Assembly: GCA_951406725.2 (NCBI GenBank)
Contig: OX597830.1
Coordinates: 36,518,001 to 36,582,000 of the forward strand
Source: Octopus vulgaris
Lineage: Eukaryota
Length of the DNA stretch: 64,000 nucleotides
Direction of reading: 5' to 3'
Numbering within the stretch: position 1 is the first letter of the stretch; each line of letters opens with the position of its first letter. The position numbers were made by a program, and so were the translations under genes. The notes below the pieces were generated by a model, which was not told where the DNA came from, ran no database searches, and saw only the letters and a list, made by a program, of their open reading frames with translations. Shown here piece after piece: positions 1-11,189 of the stretch.

Positions 1-557
1 AGACATGCCAGTGTCACATAACTGGTACCTGTGCCAGTGGCACATTAAAAGCACCCTTCAAACTTTAGGCCTCACATAACTAACACCCATTACGATCTTG
101 GAAGGGTTGGAGTTAGGAAGGGCATCCAGCCTGGAACTGGTTAAGCTGGAGAGCTGCACCAGGTTCCAGTCTGGTTTGGTATGGTTTTCTACAGCTGGAT
201 GTCCTTCCTAACACCAAGCACTCCGAGAGTGTAATGGGTGCATTTTACATGCCACCAGCATGGGTGCCATTTACACGACACCAGCAACAGCCAAAATTAC
301 AATTTCACGGGTGCAATGGCCATGACTATGGTTTCACTTGGCTTGATGAAGCTTCTTCAAGCACAGAATATCGCCAAAGGTCTCAGTCACTTGTTGTCGC
401 TTCCATGAGGCCATACATTTTTTTTTTATGAAACATATCTATATTTTAACTTTATACACAGTGAGTGAAATAAGGAAACAAAAAAAAAAAAGGCAAAAAA
501 AAATCAAGCCATGAGCAAAATCTGCTGTAAGGAATAAAAAGCGAGTTTGTTCCATAC

Positions 558-686
558 CGTGCATCCTTGCGGTGACCATGTCGCGCATGGTACTTGATTC
601 CATTGATATTCTTATACCGTTTTTTACAACCAGGTACAGGACATCCAAATGGTTTATCTCCATCCACTTCTTTCATGTTCTTCATG
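558..686 (-). CDS. JAZF1: JAZF1 coding exon 6 (second zinc finger); gene continues beyond the left edge
   Basis: ccttcacag| (S)MKNMKEVDGDKPFGCPVPGCKKRYKNINGIKYHARHGHRKDA(R) |gtatgg. 129 nt; near-identical to JAZF1 KPFACPVPGCKKRYKNVNGIKYHAKNGH. Confidence 0.96.
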
Positions 687-768
687 CTGTGAAGGAAAAA
701 AAAAAAAAGATCAACCAGTAAAATACACTGGTTAGGATTTAAACAACCTGTATTGCCTCGTTATTGGT

Positions 769-1391
769 TTAACCCTTTAGCATTCAAACTGACCATATCT
801 GGACCAAGTATTCGGATCTTTTCCGTTTGAACAGCAGATCAAGAAATTAATTTTTTGTAACTAAACACTTTCAAACTTCGGATACTTATGGTGGTGCCAT
901 AAAGTAAACAAGCTTCAGATACACTCGTTTATTTATACAAACGTAACTGAGATGAAATATGTCATAAATATCAGTGACAAACGAAATATACACCGCCAAT
1001 AATTGTTGTTGACAATCAACAGCAGTAATTTTATTCAGCTGAATACATGTCATTGATTGGTTGAAATTACCGAAATACGACAACTTTAACACAAAATGAC
1101 ATCGTAAATATAAACTTTTCTCAAAAACGCTAAGAGTAAAAGATGTTTTATATGACACATTCTACCAGTGCCTGAAGTTTGAAAGTGTTTAGTTAGAAAA
1201 AATTATTTTCTAAATCTACCGGTCAAGAAGTAAAGATCCAAACATTCTACTTGCTTTATGTTGAGACTGACCAGTAAACAAACACATAATCAAAATCTAA
1301 AAAGCTACAAGACAGTGTATGATGAACTTCAAAACAATGTGAATAAATTAGCATTATAATTAACAAACTAATCTGAATGCTAAAGAGTTAA
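769..1391. mobile_element. piggyBac-like MITE carrying a nested TIR element
   Basis: Termini TTAA-CCCTTTAGCATTCA ... TGAATGCTAAAGAG-TTAA. Same family at about 35174-35393, 35549-36058, 40869-41290, 41663-41848 and 45705-45923. Confidence 0.75.
814..1239. mobile_element. Non-autonomous DNA transposon with ~70-bp imperfect TIRs
   Basis: GGATCTTT...TAACTAAACACTTTCAAACTTC at the left and GAAGTTTGAAAGTGTTTAGTTA...AAAGATCC at the right; degenerate 8-bp TSD aagtattc/aaacattc. Confidence 0.75.
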
Positions 1392-1943
1392 AGTCCATTC
1401 CCCTTGGGTTGGTTTGACAAGAGTTGGCAAGTCAAAAGACTGCACAAGGCTCTGCCTGCTTTGGCATGGTTTCTATGACTGGATACCTTTCTTAACACCA
1501 ACCACTTTACAGAGTGCTTGTTACAGTATATTTATTGGCGACAGAGGCGGTATTAATACCGAGAATATTTATCTCCACTTAAACTTGGATGTTCTGTTAG
1601 AACAGACTATACTGCAGCACATACCACGAGAGATACCCTCCTATTAGGTTTTGGTGCAAAATGCATTCTTGTTTACATCATTAGTGGGGAGATAAATCAC
1701 CACCACCTCCAGCACCAAGACCACTAGATCACGTGATTTTGAGCTTTCTTGTCCCTGTCAGGTCAGATCCAGCCTCCCACACTTACCCTACAATGTCAGT
1801 CTAAAAATAGACAATTACATCCTCAAAAATCTCAAAGCTATGAGATAAAGCGTGACTAATTGGAAACAATGTGACTAAATAGGCATTACATTTGACAGGA
1901 TAATTATAATGCTATTGGGTTAAAGAACAGAATTTTAACTAAC

Positions 1944-2037
1944 CTTAAAATTAGATCAGACGAGAACTCTTCTTGATTGGTCCAAGAATCATCACTGTCT
2001 TCATTCTCACTTACTTCTTCTTCATCAAATTCACTTC
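1944..2037 (-). CDS. JAZF1: JAZF1 coding exon 5 (acidic region)
   Basis: tttttcag| (G)SEFDEEEVSENEDSDDSWTNQEEFSSDLIL(S) |gttagt. 94 nt; matches JAZF1 GSEYDEEE..DSDESWT. Confidence 0.95.
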
Positions 2038-2099
2038 CTGAAAAACAACATAACAATAGCAGTGCTATGACAACGACAACAACAGCAACAACAACTTCA

Positions 2100-2574
2100 G
2101 TGGAGGTGCAATGGCCCAGTGGTTAGGGCAGCGGACTTGTGGTCGTAAGAACACTGTTTCGATTCCCAGACCGGGAATTGTGAGTGTTTATTGAGCAAAA
2201 AAACCTAAGCTCCACGAGGCTCCGGTGGGGGTGGGGGTGAACCCCACTGTACTCTTTCACCACAACTTTCTCTCACTCTTTCTTCCTACTTCTACCACAA
2301 AGCAGAGGAACCATGGTGTAACCCACTATGGTCTGGTAAACTTTCAGACCCTAGTCTAGATTGCGAGTCCTCTGTACCTGTTAAAAGTCACCCGTTAAAA
2401 GCCACCGTTTACAGAATGAGGATAACAACGTAGCTTTTGCGCCTGTGCAACCGCTAGTCTATCGCGTGTAGTGGGTGGATCTTCAAGTTGCCACACGCAT
2501 TTTAGTAGCTTAGAGTAGGCTCGAATTAGAGATTATTCTTTGTGGCTAATGGCGTGAGCCCTAATTGGAAGAAG
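2100..2574 (+). mobile_element. Full-length tRNA-headed SINE (head E with a distinct 3' module)
   Basis: A box TGGCCCAGTGG and B box GTTTCGATTCC; 13-bp TSD aacaacaacttca; GAAGAAG tail; head shared with the copy at 9842-10141. Confidence 0.8.
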
Positions 2575-2629
2575 AACAACAACTTCAACAAAATATATTG
2601 ACTTCAATAAAAGGAAGGTTAATACAAGC

Positions 2630-3060
2630 ATAGGCATGGCTGATAGGTACATAAATTTGCTTTGCAACTACATGGTTTCTGGTTCAACCCCACAGTACAG
2701 CACCTTGGGCAAGTCTTCTATTATATCTCAGAGCCAACCAATGCCTTGTTAGTGAATTTGGTAGATGGAAACTGTGTGGAAGCCCATTGTATATATGTGT
2801 GTACATATGTATGTGTGTGTGTGTGTGTATGTGTGTGTGTGTGTGTTTGTCACCCAACAAAGCAACCGGTGTTGGTTTATTTACATTCTCATAAGCTATT
2901 GGTTCAGCAAAAAAAGGCCGATACAGTATGTACTAGACAAAATAATACTGGGACTGAGATCGATTTGTTTCACTGCAAACAACTTCAAGGTGGTGCCCCA
3001 GCATGGCCACAGTCCAATGACTGAAACAAGTAAAATAAATAAATAAATAAATAAATAAAA
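2630..3060 (+). mobile_element. SINE family A (tRNA-like head, internal (GT)n, AT-rich tail)
   Basis: Shared blocks GCACCTTGGGCAAG..CTTCTA, GCCTTGT.AGTG.ATTTGGTAGA.GGAAAC and CCAGCATGGCCACAGTC..ATGACTGAAAC recur in more than 10 copies in the window. Confidence 0.8.
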
Positions 3061-3429
3061 ACATCAGTTTTTGACGTGTGCTCCAGTAGTTCAATCAATG
3101 GAACTAGCTGTTCAATGGACTGTAGTCTAATTACAGTGAATTCTGCTGAGCTACTGCTCTTAGTCGCACTAGAATATAGACCAACTAAGGAGATTCCACA
3201 GAGTTAATGTCTACTCGTTTCTCTCATGAGGCCATGATGCTATGATAGCAGAAGATTCTTGCTCCAGTATCTCATGACTCATTATCATCCATGCTGGCAT
3301 GGGCTGGACCAACCTTTTTACCCTTGTGTAACCCTTAGAATAAATTACATGTCTCAAGGAACCCCTGCAAAAAAAAAAATGTATATCATATCTTTCTCAT
3401 ATTTTTTTCATTGTAGTTCACATGGTGAA

Positions 3430-3471
<42 letters not shown>

Positions 3472-4443
3472 AATACATGCATATAAATTAGAGAAGAACC
3501 ACCATGAAGCAAATCAACAATGATATACTTAAATCATATCATATAGAAAAAAATAAAGATACAATAAAAATTTACCTAAAACTAAATAAATAGTATATAA
3601 TTAGTAAATAGACTACACATGTTTTCAATTATATTTTCTTATTTATATACACGTATTATATAGTGTGAAATTTAATTTAGTAAATTGAATTTTTCCCTGT
3701 AAGTTTGGAATCATTTCCCCTAATATTATTATTATTATTACAATGGTTGTTATATTTTTTTTTGATAACATAATAGGTTAGATAGGATGATGTCTATATT
3801 AGAATAACCAATAACATGTTATGCATGTAAAGTAATATTACAATCATGAAATTAGCATTAGCTGATTTCACTCTTTCTCATGAAACCCCTAGGAACTTTT
3901 TGTGGAACTGCTGTTGAGAAACGCTGGGTTAGACGGTTTGACTGAAATTGGTAAGCTGGAGAGCTACACCAGGTTCCAATCTGATTTGGCATAGTTTCTA
4001 CGGCTGGATGCCCTTCCTAATCCAACCATTCCAGAGAGTGTAATGAGTGCTTCTTACACGCCATCAGCATGGGTGCCAGCTATGTAACACCAACATTGAC
4101 CACAACTAAGATTTCACTCAGCTGGACAAGTCTTCTCAAGCACAGCATATTGCCAAAGGTCTTGGTCACTTATCATTGTCTCCGTGAGGCCCAATGTCCG
4201 AAGGGTGCTTTTTACATGCCACTGGCATGGGTGTCTGTCACATGACACTAGCATTGGCCACAACTATAGTTTCACTTGGCTTAACAGGTCTTCTCAAGCA
4301 CAGCATATCGCCAAAAGTCCCAGTCACTTGTTACTGCATCCATGAGGCTCAACGTTTGAAGAACGTGCAAAGTAAAAAAAAAAAAAAGAACAACAAAACA
4401 TTATGTAGCAAATGAAACAAACAGAACATGGCCTGTTACCAAC

Positions 4444-4542
4444 CTGTCGTAGAGTTACTTCGCGTATAAGTAGTAGTTGGCGATGACTGCATGCTAGACG
4501 GTTCAACGTTCAACACAAGAGCAGTTTTGGAATGGTTGACTT
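4444..4542 (-). CDS. JAZF1: JAZF1 coding exon 4 (Ser/Thr-rich linker)
   Basis: ctttcacag| (E)VNHSKTALVLNVEPSSMQSSPTTTYTRSNSTT |gttggt. 99 nt, phase 1 to 1, open frame; its end resembles vertebrate SSSFRSSTPT-G. Confidence 0.8.
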
Positions 4543-6387
4543 CTGTGAAAGAATAAGAAGAATAAGAGTTCTGAAAATTTGATTAAAGTTACAGAAATGT
4601 TTCACTTATTTTACATCCATTTCTCATAAAACAGAATACATTATTGTTTGCTATTCAAATTTTGATACTGGTACATCGTATGAGCAACTGTTTCTGTGGC
4701 TGGATGTCATTCTGACTGTGAATTCAAAATAGTTGTGAGTGAAGCCTATTGTTGTTTAGTTCCAAATCATTCTTGACAGAGCAGACCTTAGGTTTGACCA
4801 TGTCTTTTTTTGTTTTCTTTTTATCTGCTCAGAAAGTATACCTCAAATTACATCCTTAAACATGTACCAGCTGATATCTTAATACCATTCCCACTCTTGT
4901 GACTATTGTCCATTTATACCAGACATTAGAAAATTTCTGGCTGTATCTGTTGTTCTAAGGTTCCAATCTGACTGTTGAAAAGCAAATACAAAAGTCTTAT
5001 CTGTCCTTGGTTTGTACTTCCTTAGTTTTTAAAATGTGCTGCTATTCTAGTTTCCTTGTGGGGGAATATTTGGTTGTCTCCCTTCTTTTTCTTAACGCGT
5101 ATACATCAATTCGGTGTTTTGCATTTTTTTTTCATCTTGATTAAGGGTAGAATTTTAATAAAAACTTTCTTGACTCACTATATACGAAGTATCTAACTCT
5201 AGTTATGGGTTCGAGATTCTATCTCTCACTCTAGAACAAAGATTAGAATGCATTCTTAAAACTCCAGTCTTTTAGTCTGAGGCATTATTACAATCATGTT
5301 GTTAGCTGTTTCAATACACAATTTTACATCAGGAATCTTGCAAAACAAAAACATAATCATATCATTATTATCATGAATAGGGATATACCATTCCAGTTAT
5401 TCCATTCTGAACGTTGGATTCTATTCTAGTCAAACCAATCTGGAATAAGCTGGATACAAGTTTGCACTCCGAGAAATGTTTAAACTTGTTACTTTCACTT
5501 CAAACTCGTTGTCACCTGACTCTGCATCAAGTACCAGTTTTCTATTATACACGTCGATGTAATATATAAGGTAAACATTCAAACATTGTATTTCTATTTT
5601 CTCAAATCCTGCTGCATTTCACATGGAATTTTTGGTCCTCTGAAGTCGTCTTGGTGTATAAGATGATCTAACTGTTCTGGTTGTAAACTATTGTCTGGAA
5701 AATATTGCATATGTCAGGGGGTTGTGGAAGTTTTTTTAACCAGTTACCTCAAAATATACTTATTTATGTCAACTTTACCTGTTTGATTTGAAAAGGAAGA
5801 AAATCCTAGATTCTTTGAATTCAAAAGGTTTATCGAATCTATTTATACAGAGAATACAATTATAAATAAAAAGCATAAAACAAATGTGATAAAATAGATT
5901 AAAATCCTTATTATCAAACAAAAGGATTTTTCAAGAAACTTCAGGTTTTGGAGAAATGATGTTTCGTTTTTGTTACAATTACATCAAAATTGGGACACTC
6001 TGATGCCAAAAGAATTTGGATACAGTCTTTGGGGTCCAATTGATTACTCTGCTTTATTTTTGTTCATTAGAGTGGAAAATTCTTGTTTGCAAAAGTAGGT
6101 TGTTGTAAAAAGCAGCAACTTTTTAGGTGCCTCATCATGCCAGAATTAAAATTTTTGTTGAAACAAAGAACATGTTTTTTTGTATAATTTTACTTATATC
6201 TAATGAATCCTCATTACCCACAAGAATTTTAGTTTTACCCCACTTGGGGTAATTTACTCCGGTTTACTGACCCCTGGTATATGTAGACAGGATATAACCG
6301 TGATATTTCACTATCTGAATGAAAACAGATTGCTTACAGCACCAGTTTGTCTTTTAGGTATATCATATCTAGTTGATAATCACTTAC

Positions 6388-6479
6388 CATTATTTGAAGG
6401 AGAACACACGGGGGATTGAGCACGGGACCGCTTTCGGATCAACTCAGCTTGTGCCCTTTTAGCAGCATCTGCTGATATT
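6388..6479 (-). CDS. JAZF1: JAZF1 coding exon 3
   Basis: tttgcag| (R)ISADAAKRAQAELIRKRSRAQSPVCSPSNN |gtaagt. 92 nt, phase 2 to 1; resembles vertebrate FMTDAARREQESLKKK. Confidence 0.9.
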
Positions 6480-6524
6480 CTGCAAACAAAAGTTACAAAA
6501 TAAGGATTAGAATATATATATATT

Positions 6525-7066
6525 CTTTCATTCTTTTACTTGTTTCAGTCAAATGATTGCAGCCATGCTGGAGCACTGCCTGGAAGGTTTTCCGTTGAAC
6601 TAATCGACCCCAGGACTTATTTTTCTTTTTAAGTCTATTACTTATCCTGTTGGACTCTTTTGCCAAACCACTAAGAGGATGTAAACACACCAACTCCAGA
6701 TGTCAAGCAGTGATGGAGGGACAAACATAGACACAAAGACACACAGGTTGTTTGGTGTTAGGAAGAGCATCCAACCATAAAAATCATGCCAAAACAGACA
6801 CAGTAGCCTGGTGTAGTCTTCTACTTGGCTAGCTCCAGTGAAACTGTCCAACCCATGCCAGCATGGAAGACAGACGTCAAATGAAGATGATAATGATGTG
6901 TATCAAGAACTTCTTTCAGTTTCCATCTACCAAATCCACTCACAAGGCTTTGGTCACCCTGAGGCTATATTAGAAATACTTGCCCACAGTGCCTTGCAGT
7001 GGGACTGAACCCAGAACCATGTGGTTGGGAAGCAAGCTTCTTATCACACAGCCACGCCTGCACCTA
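6525..7066 (-). mobile_element. SINE family A with a nested RTE-type 3' fragment (6750-6897)
   Basis: Reverse complement of the family A consensus, interrupted by a GGAAG.GCATCC...GATGAT segment. Confidence 0.8.
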
Positions 7067-7504
7067 TATAACAAGTTACAATACTTTTTAGAATGCGTCA
7101 ATATTTTTCGTTTTTACGTTTAAAAAAATTTTTTTTTTATACTGACCATGAAGTGGACAGCAGCACCAAATATACAGCATTTTTTATTCTTTTATTTTTT
7201 TCAGTTATTAGACTGTGGCCATTGCGATACCTTTAAAGCCAGGAACTTTCCAGTCCCACCTCACACACACACACACACACACATGCATACTGTATTTATT
7301 CATGTATGAAGTGCATCCCTAGTTTAGTGCTAAATCTTGGTACAAAATGTTTTCCCTTTACAGTTTTAGCTTTGCACCTGTGTAAGTTGTACCCCAGGTT
7401 TTCCAGTTAAAATAGTGTCAAATTATAGAAAAGTAAATGTGATGTGTGTGTGTGTGTGTGTGGTGTGTGTATGTGTATGTGTGTGAATTCAATTCAAGAC
7501 TTAC

Positions 7505-7577
7505 CTTAAAATTTGACTTAGAGGAACAGATGCCGGCGGGTGCATTTCTTGTTTTTCAAGTGTTTTAACATCTGTTT
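7505..7577 (-). CDS. JAZF1: JAZF1 coding exon 2
   Basis: ttttcacag| (E)TDVKTLEKQEMHPPASVPLSQIL(R) |gtaagt. 73 nt, phase 1 to 2; resembles vertebrate DTDPRVLEKQELQQPTYVALSYINR. Confidence 0.93.
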
Positions 7578-8909
7578 CTGTGAAAAGAAAAAAAAACTAC
7601 CAAATTAAGAATCCCATGAATACATACACACACAAAGACAAAGAGAGGGAAAAAAGAACAGCTAAAGCCGAACTCCAATGTGCTGAATGGCCGTTGTTTA
7701 AAAAAAATTAAAATAAAATAAAAATAAATGGACTTTTCTCCTTGGTATGAAAATGATGTAAGGCAAGTGAGATAGATGAAGTCTATTTTATTAGTTATTG
7801 TGGTCAATACAAAACTAGTTTCACAATTAATGTACAAGCTAAATAAATCAATTAAAAAAAAAAATTTATTTAATTTAGAAGCACATTTATATATATATAT
7901 ATAATTGTGTGTCAGATAAAAATCTGAGAGCTAGCAAAGCTGGTAAAAGCTTGTGCCGGCAATAATCAGTCTATAGTAGAATTTGTAGAAGAGTTCAGGC
8001 GTTTGCCTTTCATCTGAAAGTTGAGCTCATAAAGACACCTCAATGAAGTCATATAGCTTGCTAGAAATATCAGCTAAAACCAGATCTTACTATCTAAAAA
8101 TGGGACCAAAAAAAATGCTGACTGATCAATGATGGAATATCTTTGGTTATAGGTCTGCTTGGTTGGTCAGAGCCTTACATGGTGCTAAACAACAAAAACA
8201 ACTACTGTTGCTGCATATTCAGTGCTAGGTTACTGATATTCAACTCCGAGTAGACTATATGATGAAACCACTACTTCACACTCCAGTAACTACTAACTAT
8301 TCACCTATATTGTTTGCTCATCCCATCGCCATTATCACATCTTGCTTTGAGATCAGGTTAACTACATAGCCCTCCTTCACATACAATATAAAAAAAAAAA
8401 ACCCACTTTAATAGATTAACACTCTAAAAAATACCCCCATTCCACCAGCCGCCAAACAGCCCTTAGCTGTTAAGGGTTGTTAGTTCAATGGCATTTTTGG
8501 CACTCTGACATTCAGAAACAAGATGCCTGATGAAGAGCAAAGGCCATTTTCAACAGTTATCAGTTTCATAAACGTTATAAGAATATAAATACCAACTGCA
8601 TAGATATCGTATTATATGCCCACCACAGCTTAATAATTCAAAAGATGCAGAAAAATATAGCTGCCATTGAAGTCACACATTTCAAGCCTGATAAAATGAA
8701 CTGATATTAAATAGTTGTATAAGCTCAAAACTTGTTGCTCATCTCTTTAGTGCCCTCCAGTAGGTATATCATTTCAGTAATCTGTCAGAAAAAGATGAAA
8801 ATAGATGCAAAATGTGAAAGAATTCAAACTGTGGAATATTTCAGTATGGTGAACAAGAGAGGGCTTAAACTTTGATGGAAGAACACCTCTGTCGCGCTCT
8901 CTCCTTTTC

Positions 8910-9355
8910 TCATCATCATCATAGCTTAATGCCCACTTTCCATGCTAGCATGAGTTGGACATTTTGACTGAGGACTGGCAAGCCAGGAGGTGCACCAGGC
9001 TCCAATCTGATCTGGCAAGGTTTCCACAGCTGGATGCCCTTCCTAATGCCAACCACTCCAAGAGTGTAGTGGGTGCTTTTTATGTGCCAACAGCATGGCG
9101 GCCAGTCAGGTGGCACTGGCATCGACCATGCTCAAATGGTGCTTTTTATGTACCACGAGTATGGGAGCCAATCAGGTGACACTGGCATTGATCATGCTCA
9201 AATGGTGCTTTTTATGTACCACGAGTATGGGAGCCAATCAGGTGACACTGGGATTGACAATGCTCGAATAGTGCTTTTTACGTGCCACGAGCACGGGAGC
9301 CAATCAGGTGGCACTGGCATTGACCATGCTCAAATGGTGCTTTTTACATGCCATC
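8910..9355 (-). mobile_element. Family B RTE 3' end with ~4 tandem 60-bp units
   Basis: (CAT)n at the left; the unit ACTGGCATTGATCATGCTCAAATGGTGCTTTTTATGTACCACGAGTATGGGAGCCAATCAGGTG repeats with a 60-bp period. Confidence 0.8.
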
Positions 9356-9810
9356 AATATATATATTTATATCATAAGATTTTCAGGATCTGATAGAATC
9401 AAGGTATTTGAATAACAAAGGCACCAAGGTAGAGTGAGGAATAGCGCACCTGTGCACTACTAATGTGTACAGTCCACTGTAGGCTCAAGAGAACATGTCT
9501 GAAACAGTTGTAGTGAACCTCAAATCATCTGTTGATATGTATATTTATGCATAAATATACATACATACAAATATGGATATGAATAGACATACATACATAC
9601 AATGCTAGATGGGTCAAAACAATTACAGTGATTAATAAAAATTCTTATATCTTCCATCTTCCGTAACCACTGCTAAGTTGTTGGTGTTAGGAAGGGCATC
9701 CAGCTGTAAAAATCCTGCTAAAACAGTTACAGAATCCATCTGTCGAATCCATCCCACCCATGCCAGCATGGAAGGAAGATGTTAAACGATGATGATGATG
9801 ATGATGATGA

Positions 9811-9841
<31 letters not shown>

Positions 9842-9845
<4 letters not shown>

Positions 9846-10141
9846 CATGACCGACCAGGCTATCAGATGTTGCTACACATCGCTGGTCACAAAGCGTTTT
9901 GCATTGTTTTAGCCTTCAAATGACACCACCCTGCTGGCTAAGCGAGCAGGCCAACAGAAGACAGAGTGAGAGAAAGTTGTGGCGAAAGAGTACCGCAGGG
10001 ATCGCCACCACCCCCAGCCAGAGCCTCATGGAGCTTTATGTGTTTTTGCTCAACAAACACTCAACGCACAGTCTGGGAATCGAAACCGCGATCCTATGAC
10101 TGCAAGTCCACTGCCCTAACCCACTGGGCCATTGCGCCTTC
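9842..10141 (-). mobile_element. tRNA-headed SINE (family E)
   Basis: The reverse complement begins GAAGGCGCAATGGCCCAGTGG..GGTTTCGATTCCCAGAC; the first ~180 nt match 2100-2285. Confidence 0.8.
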
Positions 10142-10146
10142 AGATA

Positions 10147-10565
10147 ATCATCATCATCATCATCGTTTAACGTCCGCTTTCCATGCTAGCATGGGTTGGA
10201 CGGTTCAACTGGGGTCTGGCAAGCCCGAAGGCTGCACCAGGCCAGTCAGATCTGGCAGTGTTTCTACAGCTGGATGCCCTTCCTAACGCCAACCACTCCG
10301 AGAGTGTAGTGGGTGATTTTATGTGCCACTGACACAGGTGCCAGACGAGGCTGGCAGACGGCCACGCTCGGATGGTGTTTTTTATGTGCCACCGACACAG
10401 GTGCCAGACGAGGCTGGCAGACGGCCACGCTCGGATGGTGTTTTCTTATGTGTCACCGACACAGGTGCCAGACAAGGCTGGCGAACGGCCACGCTCGGAT
10501 GGTGTTTGTTACGTGCCCTCAGCACGGAGGCCAGTCGATGCGGTACTGGCTACGGTCACGTTCGG
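10147..10565 (-). mobile_element. Family B RTE 3' end with 3-4 tandem ~62-bp units
   Basis: (CAT)n at the left; unit GTGCCACCGACACAGGTGCCAGACGAGGCTGGCAGACGGCCACGCTCGGATGGTGTTT repeated. Confidence 0.8.
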
Positions 10566-11189
10566 ATATATATATATATATATGTATGTATGTATGTATG
10601 TGTGTGTGTTTCAAAAGACACAGCAAACATGTATTATGCAAGTTTAAGGTGCAACATAGATGTTCAGTGTTACTTTTCTCCAGGTACATTTCTACCTATC
10701 ACTCATAAGTCCATTGATGTAATCTATTCACCAAGAGAAACTGAGAGAAATTCATATGATATCAACAGCGGCAAGGGAAGTAGGACTAGAAATTAGTCAA
10801 GCAACGAATCACTTGCCTGCTCACCTTAAACAAACTGCAGTGAGGTTAGAAAGGGGTGTGATTATTTAAGAGGGTCATTTCTTTATCTGCGTAAATGGGG
10901 TTTATGGAGTGATACTGGAGAGTTTGTAGGTGATTAATATTGTCATTATATGGTAATAAAATTGAAAAGAAGGTGCTGAAGCGGTAAGAGTATAAAAAGA
11001 TAAAAGATACTAAATATGGCGTAACTTGGTAACTGTAAGCTACTTGTACTCAGTCTTATACGTGGACATCAAATACACGCAGTAATGTTAGACAAGCACA
11101 CAAATACACAATACACACAAACACACACACGTATATATATATGACAAAGAATATATGAATACATAAATGTATCAATCGAGTGCTACTGG

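Noticed and set aside
452-557. ORF-track extension of the JAZF1 exon (YGTNSLF...)
   Set aside because: Read-through into the intron; similarity ends at the CG|GTATGG donor.
4880-6100. Possible decayed Penelope-like RT on the minus strand
   Set aside because: Only faint hints (IYYIDVY); too degraded to call without a profile search.
9470-9520. Hammerhead-like GAAACAGTTGTA motif
   Set aside because: No CUGANGA box and no credible stem II.
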